This document shows, piece by piece, positions 38,047-46,886 of a DNA stretch of 64,000 bases (position 1 is its first letter; each line of letters opens with the position of its first letter). Made by a program: the position numbers and the translations under genes. The notes beneath the pieces are model-generated. The model did no database searches, was not told the origin of the DNA, and saw only the letters and a program-made list of their open reading frames with translations. Origin of the DNA: Selenomonadaceae bacterium (GTDB lineage: Bacteria; Bacillota; Negativicutes; Selenomonadales; Selenomonadaceae); assembly GCA_024698045.1 (NCBI GenBank), contig JAILRS010000033.1, positions 1,159-65,158 on the forward strand. Direction: 5' to 3'.

Positions 38047-39114
38047 TCAATTTCCTTTCCGCTCAACAAGGGAGCGTAAAATTTCAACAGATTTGCGAAC
38101 GCCCGAATGCGTATCATCTTTGGGCGTCCACCCTAACGAACGTAATTTGTCGTTAGGCATTATTGCATTAACGGCTTTTGAAAAACCTTTCGCCTGCGTT
38201 TCGTTCGGCAATTCAAAGACAACTTTACGACCGGCAAGCGAACTGATATACTCGGCAATTTCGCGCAGAGAAAGAATTTCGCTTGAGTCGGATATATTGT
38301 AAGCTTCGCCGCATTCGCCTTTCAGCAAACAGTAGAGGAGACCTCTGACACAATCCGCGCCGTAGCAATACGAAAATCTCGGTACGCCTTGACTTTTCAA
38401 GACTATATCTTCGCCGCGGACACCATTCATGATAAATTCGCTCATTGCCTTACTGTCATTGAGCCGCATTGTTGCGCCGTAAATCCTCGAAGGACGCGCG
38501 ATAACCACATCGAGATTATACTGACTGATGTACGCTTGACAAAGAGCCTCACCGGCACGTTTTGCCTCGGGATAACCTGCGCGGAGCGTGTTGCAATTTA
38601 TGTAGCCGCAATAATTTTCGTCAAAAACATCTTCGGGATTCAAACCTTTGCCGTAAATTTCGACGCTCGATATAAAGACAAGTCGCGAAATTTTTTTAAA
38701 CCGCCCGAACTCAAGCAGATTATGTGTACCGATAATATTCGCCGTGACGGTGCCGACGGGATCCGTCGAATAGAGCAGAGGATGAGTATTACTGGCGGCG
38801 TGAATGATGTAATCGACGGGGAAATTACTTTTGATAGGTTCGTTGACATCAAGCTTGACGAATTCAAAATTTTTATCGCCGAAGTAATCCGCAAATCTTT
38901 CACGGGCTATTTTTTCGTTGCGACCTGCCGCGTAAATTTTGACATTGAGATTTTCCTCACGATTCTTTTTCATAAGGACGTCGACAATAATTGTACCGAT
39001 AAGACCGCTGGCACCCGTCAACAATAAATTTTTCCCGTTGAGTTTTTCCCACGGTAAATTTTCACCGGCAATGCTCGCAACGTCCGCCGCATAAATTTCA
39101 TGATTGATATACAT
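38047..39114 (-). CDS. extended SDR (NAD-dependent epimerase/dehydratase/reductase family)
   Basis: LLLTGASGLIGTIIVDVL (TGxxGxxG)...ISSVEIYG...YPEAKRAGE (YxxxK). The stop abuts the GNAT start. Confidence 0.85.
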   Translation of the reverse strand: MYINHEIYAADVASIAGENLPWEKLNGKNLLLTGASGLIGTIIVDVLMKKNREENLNVKIYAAGRNEKIARERFADYFGDKNFEFVKLDVNEPIKSNFPVDYIIHAASNTHPLLYSTDPVGTVTANIIGTHNLLEFGRFKKISRLVFISSVEIYGKGLNPEDVFDENYCGYINCNTLRAGYPEAKRAGEALCQAYISQYNLDVVIARPSRIYGATMRLNDSKAMSEFIMNGVRGEDIVLKSQGVPRFSYCYGADCVRGLLYCLLKGECGEAYNISDSSEILSLREIAEYISSLAGRKVVFELPNETQAKGFSKAVNAIMPNDKLRSLGWTPKDDTHSGVRKSVEILRSLVERKGN

Positions 39115-39123
39115 TGCGACACC

Positions 39124-39843
39124 TCACTTGAGCCACGAAGTTTTTTTCGCGGCAAGCAACGCTTTGAACAATTCTATATCGTCAACGGTTGTTATCTTGA
39201 TATTTCTGTCGGAACCGCCGGCAAAGTAAAGCGTTTCGCCCAAATCAACCATCATCGTATTGGTGTAAGACGATCCGTAAATGCCGATACCTTCGGCGAA
39301 GGCCTTTTCGTACGCCCAAACTATTTTATCGAATTTGTATGCCTGAGGAGTTTGCACGCGGCGCAGTGTTTCGCGGACAATATATTCTTTCGTGCTCGTG
39401 TCGTCAAGTTTTTTGAATATCTGTTCGTTGTAAGGCAAACTTGTTACGCCGTTGCCGTACTTCTTACAAGTTGCGATAACATCAGACAATACTTCTTCGT
39501 CTACCATCGGGCGGATACCGTCATGCACCACGACAATGTCATCATCCTTGCAAAATTCTTTCATTGCAAAAACGCCGTTGCGACAAGATTCTTGAACGGT
39601 TGCGCCGCCATTGACAATCTTTTTGAGTTTATCAATATTGTATTGACGCGAATAGGCACGAAGAATATCTTGCCAACCGTCAAGGCAAACGACGACTATG
39701 CCGTCAATTTCGGGATGCCGCTGAAAATTTTCCAACGTGTATATGATTATCGGTTTATCGTAAACGTTTATGAATTGTTTCGGAATATCTTGGCGAGTGC
39801 GCTGACCTTTGCCCGATGCCAACAATAATGCATATGTACTCAT
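39124..39843 (-). CDS. IspD/TarI-family nucleotidyl(cytidylyl)transferase
   Basis: Track ORF starts at GTG 39879. Family homology starts at ATG 39843 (MSTYALLLASGKGQRTRQDIPKQF...VVVHDGIRP...RVQTPQAY). Confidence 0.85.
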   Translation of the reverse strand: MSTYALLLASGKGQRTRQDIPKQFINVYDKPIIIYTLENFQRHPEIDGIVVVCLDGWQDILRAYSRQYNIDKLKKIVNGGATVQESCRNGVFAMKEFCKDDDIVVVHDGIRPMVDEEVLSDVIATCKKYGNGVTSLPYNEQIFKKLDDTSTKEYIVRETLRRVQTPQAYKFDKIVWAYEKAFAEGIGIYGSSYTNTMMVDLGETLYFAGGSDRNIKITTVDDIELFKALLAAKKTSWLK

Positions 39844-39852
39844 AATTTTCGC

Positions 39853-39883
39853 GACAAAAAAATTTCTGCCGCTCGTCACCTCC
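39853..39883 (-). repeat. 31 nt repeat, copy A, just 3' of the licD1 stop
   Basis: + strand gacaaaaaaatttctgccgctcgtcacctcc, 29/31 identical to 41214..41244. The minus strand reads GGAGGTGACGAGCGGCAGAAA..TTTTTGTC. Confidence 0.8.
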
Positions 39884-39897
39884 CATGATGTCGTTAG

Positions 39898-41061
39898 TTA
39901 ATCGTTTTGTTCTTCCAACAATACTCCTACAATCTGATCGTTTTCTTTTATCGGCGATTTGTTTGCGACTTTGGCAAAGTAATCTTTGTAGGAAATGTCT
40001 ACACTGTAGTCGGAAACGTGCGAAGGAGCATAAATTAATTTGTGCCAATCGCCGTATCTTGCTGCCAAAATGTTTTCGTAACCGGCGGGAACAGGCACTT
40101 CGATTTTTTCAAACGGCAGATAAATAATCTTCTCAAAGTCTTTCGTATTATAAGCGATTTTACGACCTGCGATTATATAATCTCTGAAGTCGGCAACGCA
40201 TTCCGAATCAAAGAAACTTTTCGCCATAAACGATTCGAATTGCAATGTACGCTCTTTATGTTTCAGCCCCATGAATTTTTTCATGCTCTCATGAGGCAGA
40301 TAGAATCTTTGATTATTTTCCATTGCTTTCTTCACATTATCGGGAAAAGCAATCATCCAAAGCAATTCTTTCGCTATTTGCCAATTTATTTCCTGTTGTT
40401 TTTCGATGAACGGCGGAGCAAAATCAAACGCAAAAATATCAATCCAAATACCTTGATTCACGTGTTTACGATTCGGCCACTGAATCATTGATGTACGACT
40501 GTCGCGAATTTTAATCATAGGCCAAAACGGAAACCAACCCGCAAAATCTTTTTCTTGTTGGAGCGGAACAAACTGTAAAGAATTATCGGAAGGAGAATCG
40601 GGACTTTCTTCGCTTTCCAATCTGTAATTGAACCATGCATCCAAAAAATAAGGCGGTTGAAGTTCCTGGGCGACGACCCTTTTAAATTTTTCGTAATCGG
40701 GACGGAACATAAATACATCAACATCATCATCCCATGGAATAAAGCCTTTGTGCCGCACCGCGCCGATAAGCGTACCCGAAAATACAAACCACTTAATGTC
40801 ATGTTTCTTACAAATTCTGTCAAATTCTTTCAGCAAACCGATTTGAACGTTCCACAATTTTTTTCGGTGACTTGTTACCAAAAAGCCGTTACGCATTTCG
40901 TCGCTGTCGATGTTTTCGATAAAAACTTCTTGATTGTCGATTGCGGAAACAGATTTTGATTTACGCAAAAAATCGTTCTGTTCGCGCAACAACTTATTTT
41001 GTTCTTCGAGTAATTCGTTTTGTCTGGTAATCGCGTCGAGTTTGTTTGTACCTTTTCCCAA
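39898..41061 (-). CDS. licD: LicD-family phosphotransferase with an N-terminal coiled-coil extension (copy 1)
   Basis: TTG start 7 nt after GGAGG. MGKGTNKLDAITRQNELLEEQNKLLREQNDFLRK, then EMRNGFLVTSHRKKLWNVQIGLLKEFDRICKKHDIKWFVFSGTLIGAVRHKGFIPWDDDVDV (LicD core with DxD). Confidence 0.88.
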   Translation of the reverse strand: MGKGTNKLDAITRQNELLEEQNKLLREQNDFLRKSKSVSAIDNQEVFIENIDSDEMRNGFLVTSHRKKLWNVQIGLLKEFDRICKKHDIKWFVFSGTLIGAVRHKGFIPWDDDVDVFMFRPDYEKFKRVVAQELQPPYFLDAWFNYRLESEESPDSPSDNSLQFVPLQQEKDFAGWFPFWPMIKIRDSRTSMIQWPNRKHVNQGIWIDIFAFDFAPPFIEKQQEINWQIAKELLWMIAFPDNVKKAMENNQRFYLPHESMKKFMGLKHKERTLQFESFMAKSFFDSECVADFRDYIIAGRKIAYNTKDFEKIIYLPFEKIEVPVPAGYENILAARYGDWHKLIYAPSHVSDYSVDISYKDYFAKVANKSPIKENDQIVGVLLEEQND

Positions 41062-41213
41062 TGATGAACCTCCTCAAAATTCGTTAAATCTGTAATTCTT
41101 TGGCCATCGTCTTGAAAATAAATTCTACGACCGTAGTTCCGTTTGTCTTCATGCAATTCATATTCTCGTCGAAAAATTTCACACGTATCGCAAACATATT
41201 ACCTATTGACCTA

Positions 41214-41244
41214 GACAAAAATTTTTCTGCCGCTCGTCACCTCC
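41214..41244 (-). repeat. 31 nt repeat, copy B, just 3' of the licD2 stop
   Basis: + strand gacaaaaatttttctgccgctcgtcacctcc; see copy A. Confidence 0.8.
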
Positions 41245-41251
41245 GTGAAAA

Positions 41252-42355
41252 TTATTTTTTCGGAATGGTTCTAATATATTCATCCCAAGAAATGTCCACA
41301 CTGTAACTGACTACGTGACTATGCGTAAACACGGGTGTCCGCCAATCGCCGTAAAAATCCGTTAAGATTGAATCGTAATTTGCCGGCGCAGGTACTTGAA
41401 TTTTTTCAAACGGAAGATAAACAACGTCGGCAAAATCCTTCATTCGATAAGATTTTTGCGTTCGAATTATGCACCAATTACGCACGTCACCAACCCGTTC
41501 GGATTCAAAAAAGTTTTGACCCAAAAATTTTTCCAACTGCATGCCGCGTTGTTTATAAGGCATAGCGATAAATTTGTTGAGTGTATCGTAATCCAAAATG
41601 AGTTTTTTATTTTCCTTCATCAATGCCCGTATGCTTTCGGGATGTGTCGTCGCAATATACAGCAGCCTCATAATTTCGAAATTCATTTTTCGGCGTTCGT
41701 CCTCAAACGGCGGCAACGAATCCATCGGAAAGATATCTAGGAAAACATTTTGCCTCATGGTTTTCGAATCGGGTATTTCGATGTAAAAAGTTCGCGAATC
41801 CCTTATTTTTACTATCGGGAAGAAAGGATAATGCAAGGGGTATTTTTTGTGTTGTTCGGTTGTCAGCATTGTCAATGACGAATCTGCTTGATTTGAAGGG
41901 GCATCGTCTTCCAAACGAAAATCATACCAGGAATTTGCGACGTACGGACTTCTAACCTCGGATGCTACTATCTTTCGGAACTTGTCATAATCCGGGCGCA
42001 ACATTGCAACATCAACATCATCATCCCACGGAATAAAACCCTTGTGCCGCGCCGCGCCGATAAGAGTGCCGCCGATTGCAAACCAACGCAAATTGTGTTT
42101 CTTACAAATTCTGTCGAATTCCTTTATCAAAGCGATTTGCACGTTCCACAATTTTTTCCGTTGAGACGTTACAAGAAAACCGTTGCGTATTTCATCACGG
42201 TCAATGTTGTCGATAAAAATTTCTCTTCCGTCTTCAAGTTTGGTAACCGTATTTTTCTTTATCAATTCGTTTTGTTCGCGAAGTAAGTCGTTTTGTTCAC
42301 GCAGTAATTTATTCTGTTCTGCCATTTCGTTTGATTTGTTTGGAGCTTTGCCCAT
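41252..42355 (-). CDS. licD: LicD-family phosphotransferase with an N-terminal coiled-coil extension (copy 2)
   Basis: Track start is GTG 42364. ATG 42355 is 6 nt after GAGGTG and gives MGKAPNKSNEMAEQNKLLREQNDLLREQNELIKK, parallel to copy 1. The core is RNGFLVTSQRKKLWNVQIALIKEFDRICKKHNLRWFAIGGTLIGAARHKGFIPWDDDVDV. Confidence 0.88.
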   Translation of the reverse strand: MGKAPNKSNEMAEQNKLLREQNDLLREQNELIKKNTVTKLEDGREIFIDNIDRDEIRNGFLVTSQRKKLWNVQIALIKEFDRICKKHNLRWFAIGGTLIGAARHKGFIPWDDDVDVAMLRPDYDKFRKIVASEVRSPYVANSWYDFRLEDDAPSNQADSSLTMLTTEQHKKYPLHYPFFPIVKIRDSRTFYIEIPDSKTMRQNVFLDIFPMDSLPPFEDERRKMNFEIMRLLYIATTHPESIRALMKENKKLILDYDTLNKFIAMPYKQRGMQLEKFLGQNFFESERVGDVRNWCIIRTQKSYRMKDFADVVYLPFEKIQVPAPANYDSILTDFYGDWRTPVFTHSHVVSYSVDISWDEYIRTIPKK

Positions 42356-42451
42356 CAATTTCACCTCAAAAATTTCAACGCTTACGGTTTAATCTTGTTG
42401 TCCTACAAAAAAATCGTGTAACAGCTTATCACAGCAATCAAGATTTTTCAA

Positions 42452-42994
42452 TTAGTATTCAATGCCCGATTGCGCCGTTATTCCTTGTTGATACGGATGC
42501 TTGATTAATTTCATTTCGGTTACCAAATCTGCCGCGTCAATCAATTCCGGCAGAGCGTCGCGCCCCGTGAACAGTAAATGCATCTGCGGCGGTTTTGATT
42601 TCACCAATGACAAAACATCTTCCGCCGAAAGTAAACCGAACTTTGCCGCGTAATTTATTTCATCCAAAATTATCATATCCCATGCGCCCGAAGATATTTC
42701 CTCCTGCGCAGTTTCCAATGCCGTTCTTGCCGCCTCGACATGTGAATCGTGTTCGCCTCTGCTCGTAAATCCCAAACCCAGTTGTCGCACTTCAATCGTC
42801 GCCCGAAAATTTTTCAGCACCTCCAATGCTTCCAATTCGCCCGATTTCATTTTCCCCTTGATGAATTGCAGAATTAAAACCTTCAAACCGGATCCGAACG
42901 CACGAATCGCAAGCCCTAACGCCGCAGTAGTTTTGCCTTTGCCGTCGCCAGTATGTACCATAATCAATCCGTGTCTTTCCTTCATGATTTTCAT
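42452..42994 (-). CDS. cobO: cob(I)yrinic acid a,c-diamide (corrinoid) adenosyltransferase
   Basis: GLIMVHTGDGKGKTTAALGLAIRAFGSGLKVLILQFIKG...ILDEINYA...LLFTGR is the CobO/BtuR signature. Confidence 0.9.
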   Translation of the reverse strand: MKIMKERHGLIMVHTGDGKGKTTAALGLAIRAFGSGLKVLILQFIKGKMKSGELEALEVLKNFRATIEVRQLGLGFTSRGEHDSHVEAARTALETAQEEISSGAWDMIILDEINYAAKFGLLSAEDVLSLVKSKPPQMHLLFTGRDALPELIDAADLVTEMKLIKHPYQQGITAQSGIEY

Positions 42995-43067
42995 CGACCT
43001 CCTTAAAAAATTTTTCCACCCTTGAAATATATAACTTGCTCACGGAAAAATAAAGCGATGATTGTCC

Positions 43068-43096
43068 TTGCGTAAATGTCGAAATGAATTTATAAT
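43068..43096 (+). promoter_or_regulatory. sigma-70-type promoter of proB
   Basis: TTGCGT (43068-43073), 17 nt spacer, TATAAT (43091-43096). Confidence 0.55.
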
Positions 43097-43125
43097 GAAA
43101 GAAAAAACGAGAGCAGGGATGAAAT

Positions 43126-43929
43126 TTGAGCAAAGCGCGAGAAAAATTAATCACGGCGCGCAGAATTGTTATCAAGGTTGGTACAAGCACATTGGCACAT
43201 GCCGAAAGCGGCAAATTGAATTTGTACAGAATCGAACATTTAGTTCGTGAAATAGCCGATTTACATAATGCCGGTAAGGAAATAATTTTCGTGACTTCGG
43301 GCGCAATCGCTACCGGTTTAAACAAATTGGGCATGAAGAAAAAACCCGAGGGCATTCCCGAAAAACAGGCATTGGCGGCAATCGGTCAAGGTATCTTGAT
43401 GCATATCTACGAAAAATTTTTCGCCGAATACGGTCAAACAATCGGGCAAATACTTTTGACGAAGGAAAATGCCGCCGACGATCACGCTCGCGAAAATTCT
43501 CATAACTCCCTACGTGCAATCCTAGACATGGGCGCGATTCCCGTCATCAACGAAAATGACGCCGTGGCTGTCGACGAAATCAAAATCGGCGACAACGATA
43601 ATCTTTCCGCAATCGTGGCCAATATGATTAACGCCGATGTCTTAATCATATTGAGCGATATTGACGGACTTTATGACGGTAATCCGAAAGTCGACAAAAA
43701 TGCAAAGTTGATTGACGAAGTGCCGATAATCGACGAGGAGACGGAAAGAATAGCGGGCGGCGCGGGTACGAAATTGGGAACGGGCGGAATGCTTACGAAG
43801 ATACAAGCCGCCAAATCCGCAACCGCAAACGGTGTGACAATGTTAATCATAAACGGCGCAACCATCGGGAATATACGCAGAGCATTAAACGGCGAAAACA
43901 TCGGTACTATTTTCCCTTGTATGGATTGA
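43126..43929 (+). CDS. proB: glutamate 5-kinase (short form without PUA domain)
   Basis: TTG start. ARRIVIKVGTSTLAH...IIFVTSGAIATG...GDNDNLSA...GTGGMLTKIQAA. 267 aa. Confidence 0.93.
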   Translation: MSKAREKLITARRIVIKVGTSTLAHAESGKLNLYRIEHLVREIADLHNAGKEIIFVTSGAIATGLNKLGMKKKPEGIPEKQALAAIGQGILMHIYEKFFAEYGQTIGQILLTKENAADDHARENSHNSLRAILDMGAIPVINENDAVAVDEIKIGDNDNLSAIVANMINADVLIILSDIDGLYDGNPKVDKNAKLIDEVPIIDEETERIAGGAGTKLGTGGMLTKIQAAKSATANGVTMLIINGATIGNIRRALNGENIGTIFPCMD

Positions 43930-44046
43930 AATAAATTTTCTTCAGCCTTCCGCTTAATCAGGTTTCAGATAACTACGGAAAGGAAGTGAGTGTGCGCGGT
44001 CAAAATCTACGGCTTGCAGTTAACCGTATACGCCGCGCCATTGCCA

Positions 44047-45396
44047 ATGAATTCTAAACTGTCATCAATCATAGTAAGTGCCGCGTTTGCATTCGGAACA
44101 TTTTTTGCGCCGACTCTCTCCGTTCCGACCGCTTATGCCGCGCTGGCTGTTCAGGATAACCGCGCCACCGCCGACTATTGGGTTAACAAAAATTCTTCGG
44201 GCGAAAATGTTACCGTCGCGACAAGCGATTTAAATATGCTTAATCTGCAAATTCGTCAGAAGAGCACAAACAGAATCATCGAATTAGATAAATACCCCGA
44301 GAAAGTTTATCCGCAATGGATTAAAGACAAAATCACTACGGCAATCACAGTCGGCAATTTCCAAAAAGAGGAGGTGCCCAAACTTTTCAAAAACGGTGCG
44401 GCTTTAACAGAATACAGTTACGCGCAGGCAAAAAAAAATTGCGGTCTCGAAAATGTCCCCGAAGTTTGCGAAGTGCGTTATGCCTTGACGATTGACAGGA
44501 CAAATATTCGCCTGTTACCCGAGGAAATCGGTTGGTTTGAGACTCAAGACGATACGCATTACGATTATCTGCAGGGTTCGGCGATAGATCCGGGCGAACC
44601 TGTTGCGGTACTTGTTGACAGTATAGATAAAAAATTCGTGTTCATAGAATCCCGTACTTATTCCGGTTGGGTTAAATCTTCCGCATTGGCTTTTACCGAT
44701 AAATCTACTTGGATGAAATATGTTAAGCCGAAAAATTATTTGACGGTCACGGCAAGTCGCAAGACAGTCCCCGAAGGTAAAGCGTTTTATCAGATGGGCG
44801 GAAAAATTTTGCTGCGTGCCGCCGACGTACAAAAAGACGGTACATGGGCAATTTATGTCCCGAGCGTCGACGCAAACGGCACAATCATTGAACAAGGTTT
44901 AAACATTGCCAAAGATAACGGCGTTGTCAAAACCGCGCTACCTTATACCGAAAATAATTTGATTCGACAGGCGTTCAGATTTTTGGGCGAAGATTATGGT
45001 TGGTGCGGCGTAGAAAAGAATGTTGATGCATCTTCTTTCGTGCAAGATGTTTATCGCAGTGTGGGAATTGAATTGCCGCGCGATGCCGAAAGACAAGAAA
45101 AAGTCATGGCGCGTTCCATTTCCCTTGAAGGTATGACGCGCGAACAAAAATTAAATATCCTCAAGCAATCAAAAGCCGGTTCGTTACTTTTCGCCGACGG
45201 GCATGTCATGATTTATCTGGGCACCGACGATAAAGGCGAACCGTATGTAATTCACGCAATCAGCAGTTATTTTACTTTCGAGAATGATAAAACCGTTAAG
45301 CATTATGTTCGCAAAGTTTTGGTCAGTGATTTGCATTTCATGAATCGCAATAAAGTTGAGATGATTGACAGAATTAGAACTATCGGGAATTTCTGA
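44047..45396 (+). CDS. secreted SH3b plus NlpC/P60-domain protein with the catalytic Cys position substituted (YkfC-like architecture)
   Basis: ATG 44047 gives the signal peptide MNSKLSSIIVSAAFAFGTFFAPTLSVPTAYA|A. The C-terminal domain is FLGEDYGWCGVEKNVDASSFVQDVYRSVGIELPRDAERQ...GSLLFADGHVMIYLG...YVIHA, i.e. NlpC/P60 with DCSG replaced by DASS. Confidence 0.75.
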   Translation: MNSKLSSIIVSAAFAFGTFFAPTLSVPTAYAALAVQDNRATADYWVNKNSSGENVTVATSDLNMLNLQIRQKSTNRIIELDKYPEKVYPQWIKDKITTAITVGNFQKEEVPKLFKNGAALTEYSYAQAKKNCGLENVPEVCEVRYALTIDRTNIRLLPEEIGWFETQDDTHYDYLQGSAIDPGEPVAVLVDSIDKKFVFIESRTYSGWVKSSALAFTDKSTWMKYVKPKNYLTVTASRKTVPEGKAFYQMGGKILLRAADVQKDGTWAIYVPSVDANGTIIEQGLNIAKDNGVVKTALPYTENNLIRQAFRFLGEDYGWCGVEKNVDASSFVQDVYRSVGIELPRDAERQEKVMARSISLEGMTREQKLNILKQSKAGSLLFADGHVMIYLGTDDKGEPYVIHAISSYFTFENDKTVKHYVRKVLVSDLHFMNRNKVEMIDRIRTIGNF

Positions 45397-45457
45397 TTTA
45401 CCCGCGACGGTTGAAAATATATCTGCTTATAAATTTTGGGAGGAAGTTATCGTGTTT

Positions 45458-46705
45458 ATGAAAGATCATGTGATAAAGCAAGCCCGACGGGCAAAAGAAG
45501 CATCAAGAGTATTGGCATTGATTCCCGTTGAAATAAGAAACAAAGCACTTTTGGCAATGGCGGACGCGCTCGAGGCTCAACAAGATGAAATTTTAGAGGT
45601 AAACGCAAAAGAAGTCGAGGCAGTCAAAGAAAAGGGCAAACGTCTTAATATGCTCGACAGATTAATCCTCACGCCGAAAAGAATCAAAGATATGGCGGAC
45701 GGTATTCGTCAAGTCGTAAATCTCGACGACCCGACAAGTAAAATCGATTTTGAGGTCACGCGCCCGAACGGTTTAAAAATTCGTCGTGTTCGTGTCCCCT
45801 TCGGCGTTGTCGGTATCATTTACGAATCGCGCCCCAATGTTACTGCCGATGCTATTTCTCTTTGTATAAAATCCGGTAACTCCTGTATTTTGCGCGGCGG
45901 TTCCGATGTCGTTCGCACAAATAAAAAAATCGTCGACATCATGAAAGCAGCGGCGGCAGAAAACGGAATCCCTTCAACCGCAATCGAATTTGTCGGCATT
46001 TTGGATCGTGATGTTATCGTCGTTATGTGCAGACTGCGCAAATTTATCGATGTCATTATTCCGCGCGGCGGCGCAGGTCTTATTTCGCGTGTCATTGAAC
46101 ACAGTACGGTACCCGTGATTGAAACCGGTACGGGTATTTGTCACACCTACGTCGACAAGTCCGCCAATCAAGATATGGCGTTGAAAGTTTGCATTAACGC
46201 AAAAACTTCGCGCCCGTCCGTTTGCAACGCAATGGAAACTTTACTTATCAACAAAGATATCGCCGAGGAATTTTTACCGAAAGTAGCAAAGGCAATGATT
46301 GACGCAGGTGTAGAATTACGCGGCGACGAGGCTTGTTTAAAAATTTGTCCCGAAATGAAAGCGGCAGAAGAAATCGATTGGGAGACCGAATATAACGATT
46401 TGATTTTATCGGTTAAAATTGTCGACGATGTTGACGCGGCAATCGAACATATAAACCAGTACAGTAGTGCACATTCCGACGCGATAATCACCGAAGATAA
46501 AGATAATGCCGTTAAATTCCAAAGCGTCGTTGATTCGGCGAATGTTTACGTAAATGCCTCGACACGTTTCACCGACGGATTTGAATACGGCTTCGGCGCG
46601 GAAATAGGAATCAGTACGCAGAAACTTCACGCAAGAGGACCTATGGGACTTGAGGCTTTGACGACAATGAAATATTTGATTGATGGCGAGGGACAAATTC
46701 GCTGA
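45458..46705 (+). CDS. proA: gamma-glutamyl phosphate reductase
   Basis: Track ORF starts at 45365 and overlaps the previous gene. GGGAGGAAG precedes GTG 45452 / ATG 45458. MKDHVIKQARRAKEASRVLA...IYESRPNVT...CNAMETLL...HSDAIIT. Confidence 0.93.
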   Translation: MKDHVIKQARRAKEASRVLALIPVEIRNKALLAMADALEAQQDEILEVNAKEVEAVKEKGKRLNMLDRLILTPKRIKDMADGIRQVVNLDDPTSKIDFEVTRPNGLKIRRVRVPFGVVGIIYESRPNVTADAISLCIKSGNSCILRGGSDVVRTNKKIVDIMKAAAAENGIPSTAIEFVGILDRDVIVVMCRLRKFIDVIIPRGGAGLISRVIEHSTVPVIETGTGICHTYVDKSANQDMALKVCINAKTSRPSVCNAMETLLINKDIAEEFLPKVAKAMIDAGVELRGDEACLKICPEMKAAEEIDWETEYNDLILSVKIVDDVDAAIEHINQYSSAHSDAIITEDKDNAVKFQSVVDSANVYVNASTRFTDGFEYGFGAEIGISTQKLHARGPMGLEALTTMKYLIDGEGQIR

Positions 46706-46845
46706 TGCTTTGCGGCTATCTGCGCACGATAAAAAATTATCTGCGAACGCCCAAGGCTCGACATGATTGGCTCGATTACCTTCGCGCATTGTTAATCATT
46801 ACGTTTATCGCGGCAATCATTATGCTGATATTTAATTCTCTTTAA
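46705..46845 (+). CDS. possible 46 aa tail-anchored small membrane protein
   Basis: ATG overlaps the proA stop (TGATG). MLCGYLRTIKNYLRTPKARHDWLDYLRALLIITFIAAIIMLIFNSL has a basic N-terminal half plus one C-terminal TM helix. Below the track cutoff. Confidence 0.35.
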   Translation: MLCGYLRTIKNYLRTPKARHDWLDYLRALLIITFIAAIIMLIFNSL

Positions 46846-46886
46846 ACTCGACGGCGAAGTAAAAAATTTTAACGAGGTGACTTGCT

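Noticed and set aside
41062-41251. 25 aa ORF (MNCMKTNGTTVVEFIFKTMAKELQI) and the 93 aa ORF 40875..41156 between and over the licD copies
   Set aside because: The SD is weak. The 93 aa ORF overlaps the licD1 start out of frame. This is more likely degenerate duplication debris.
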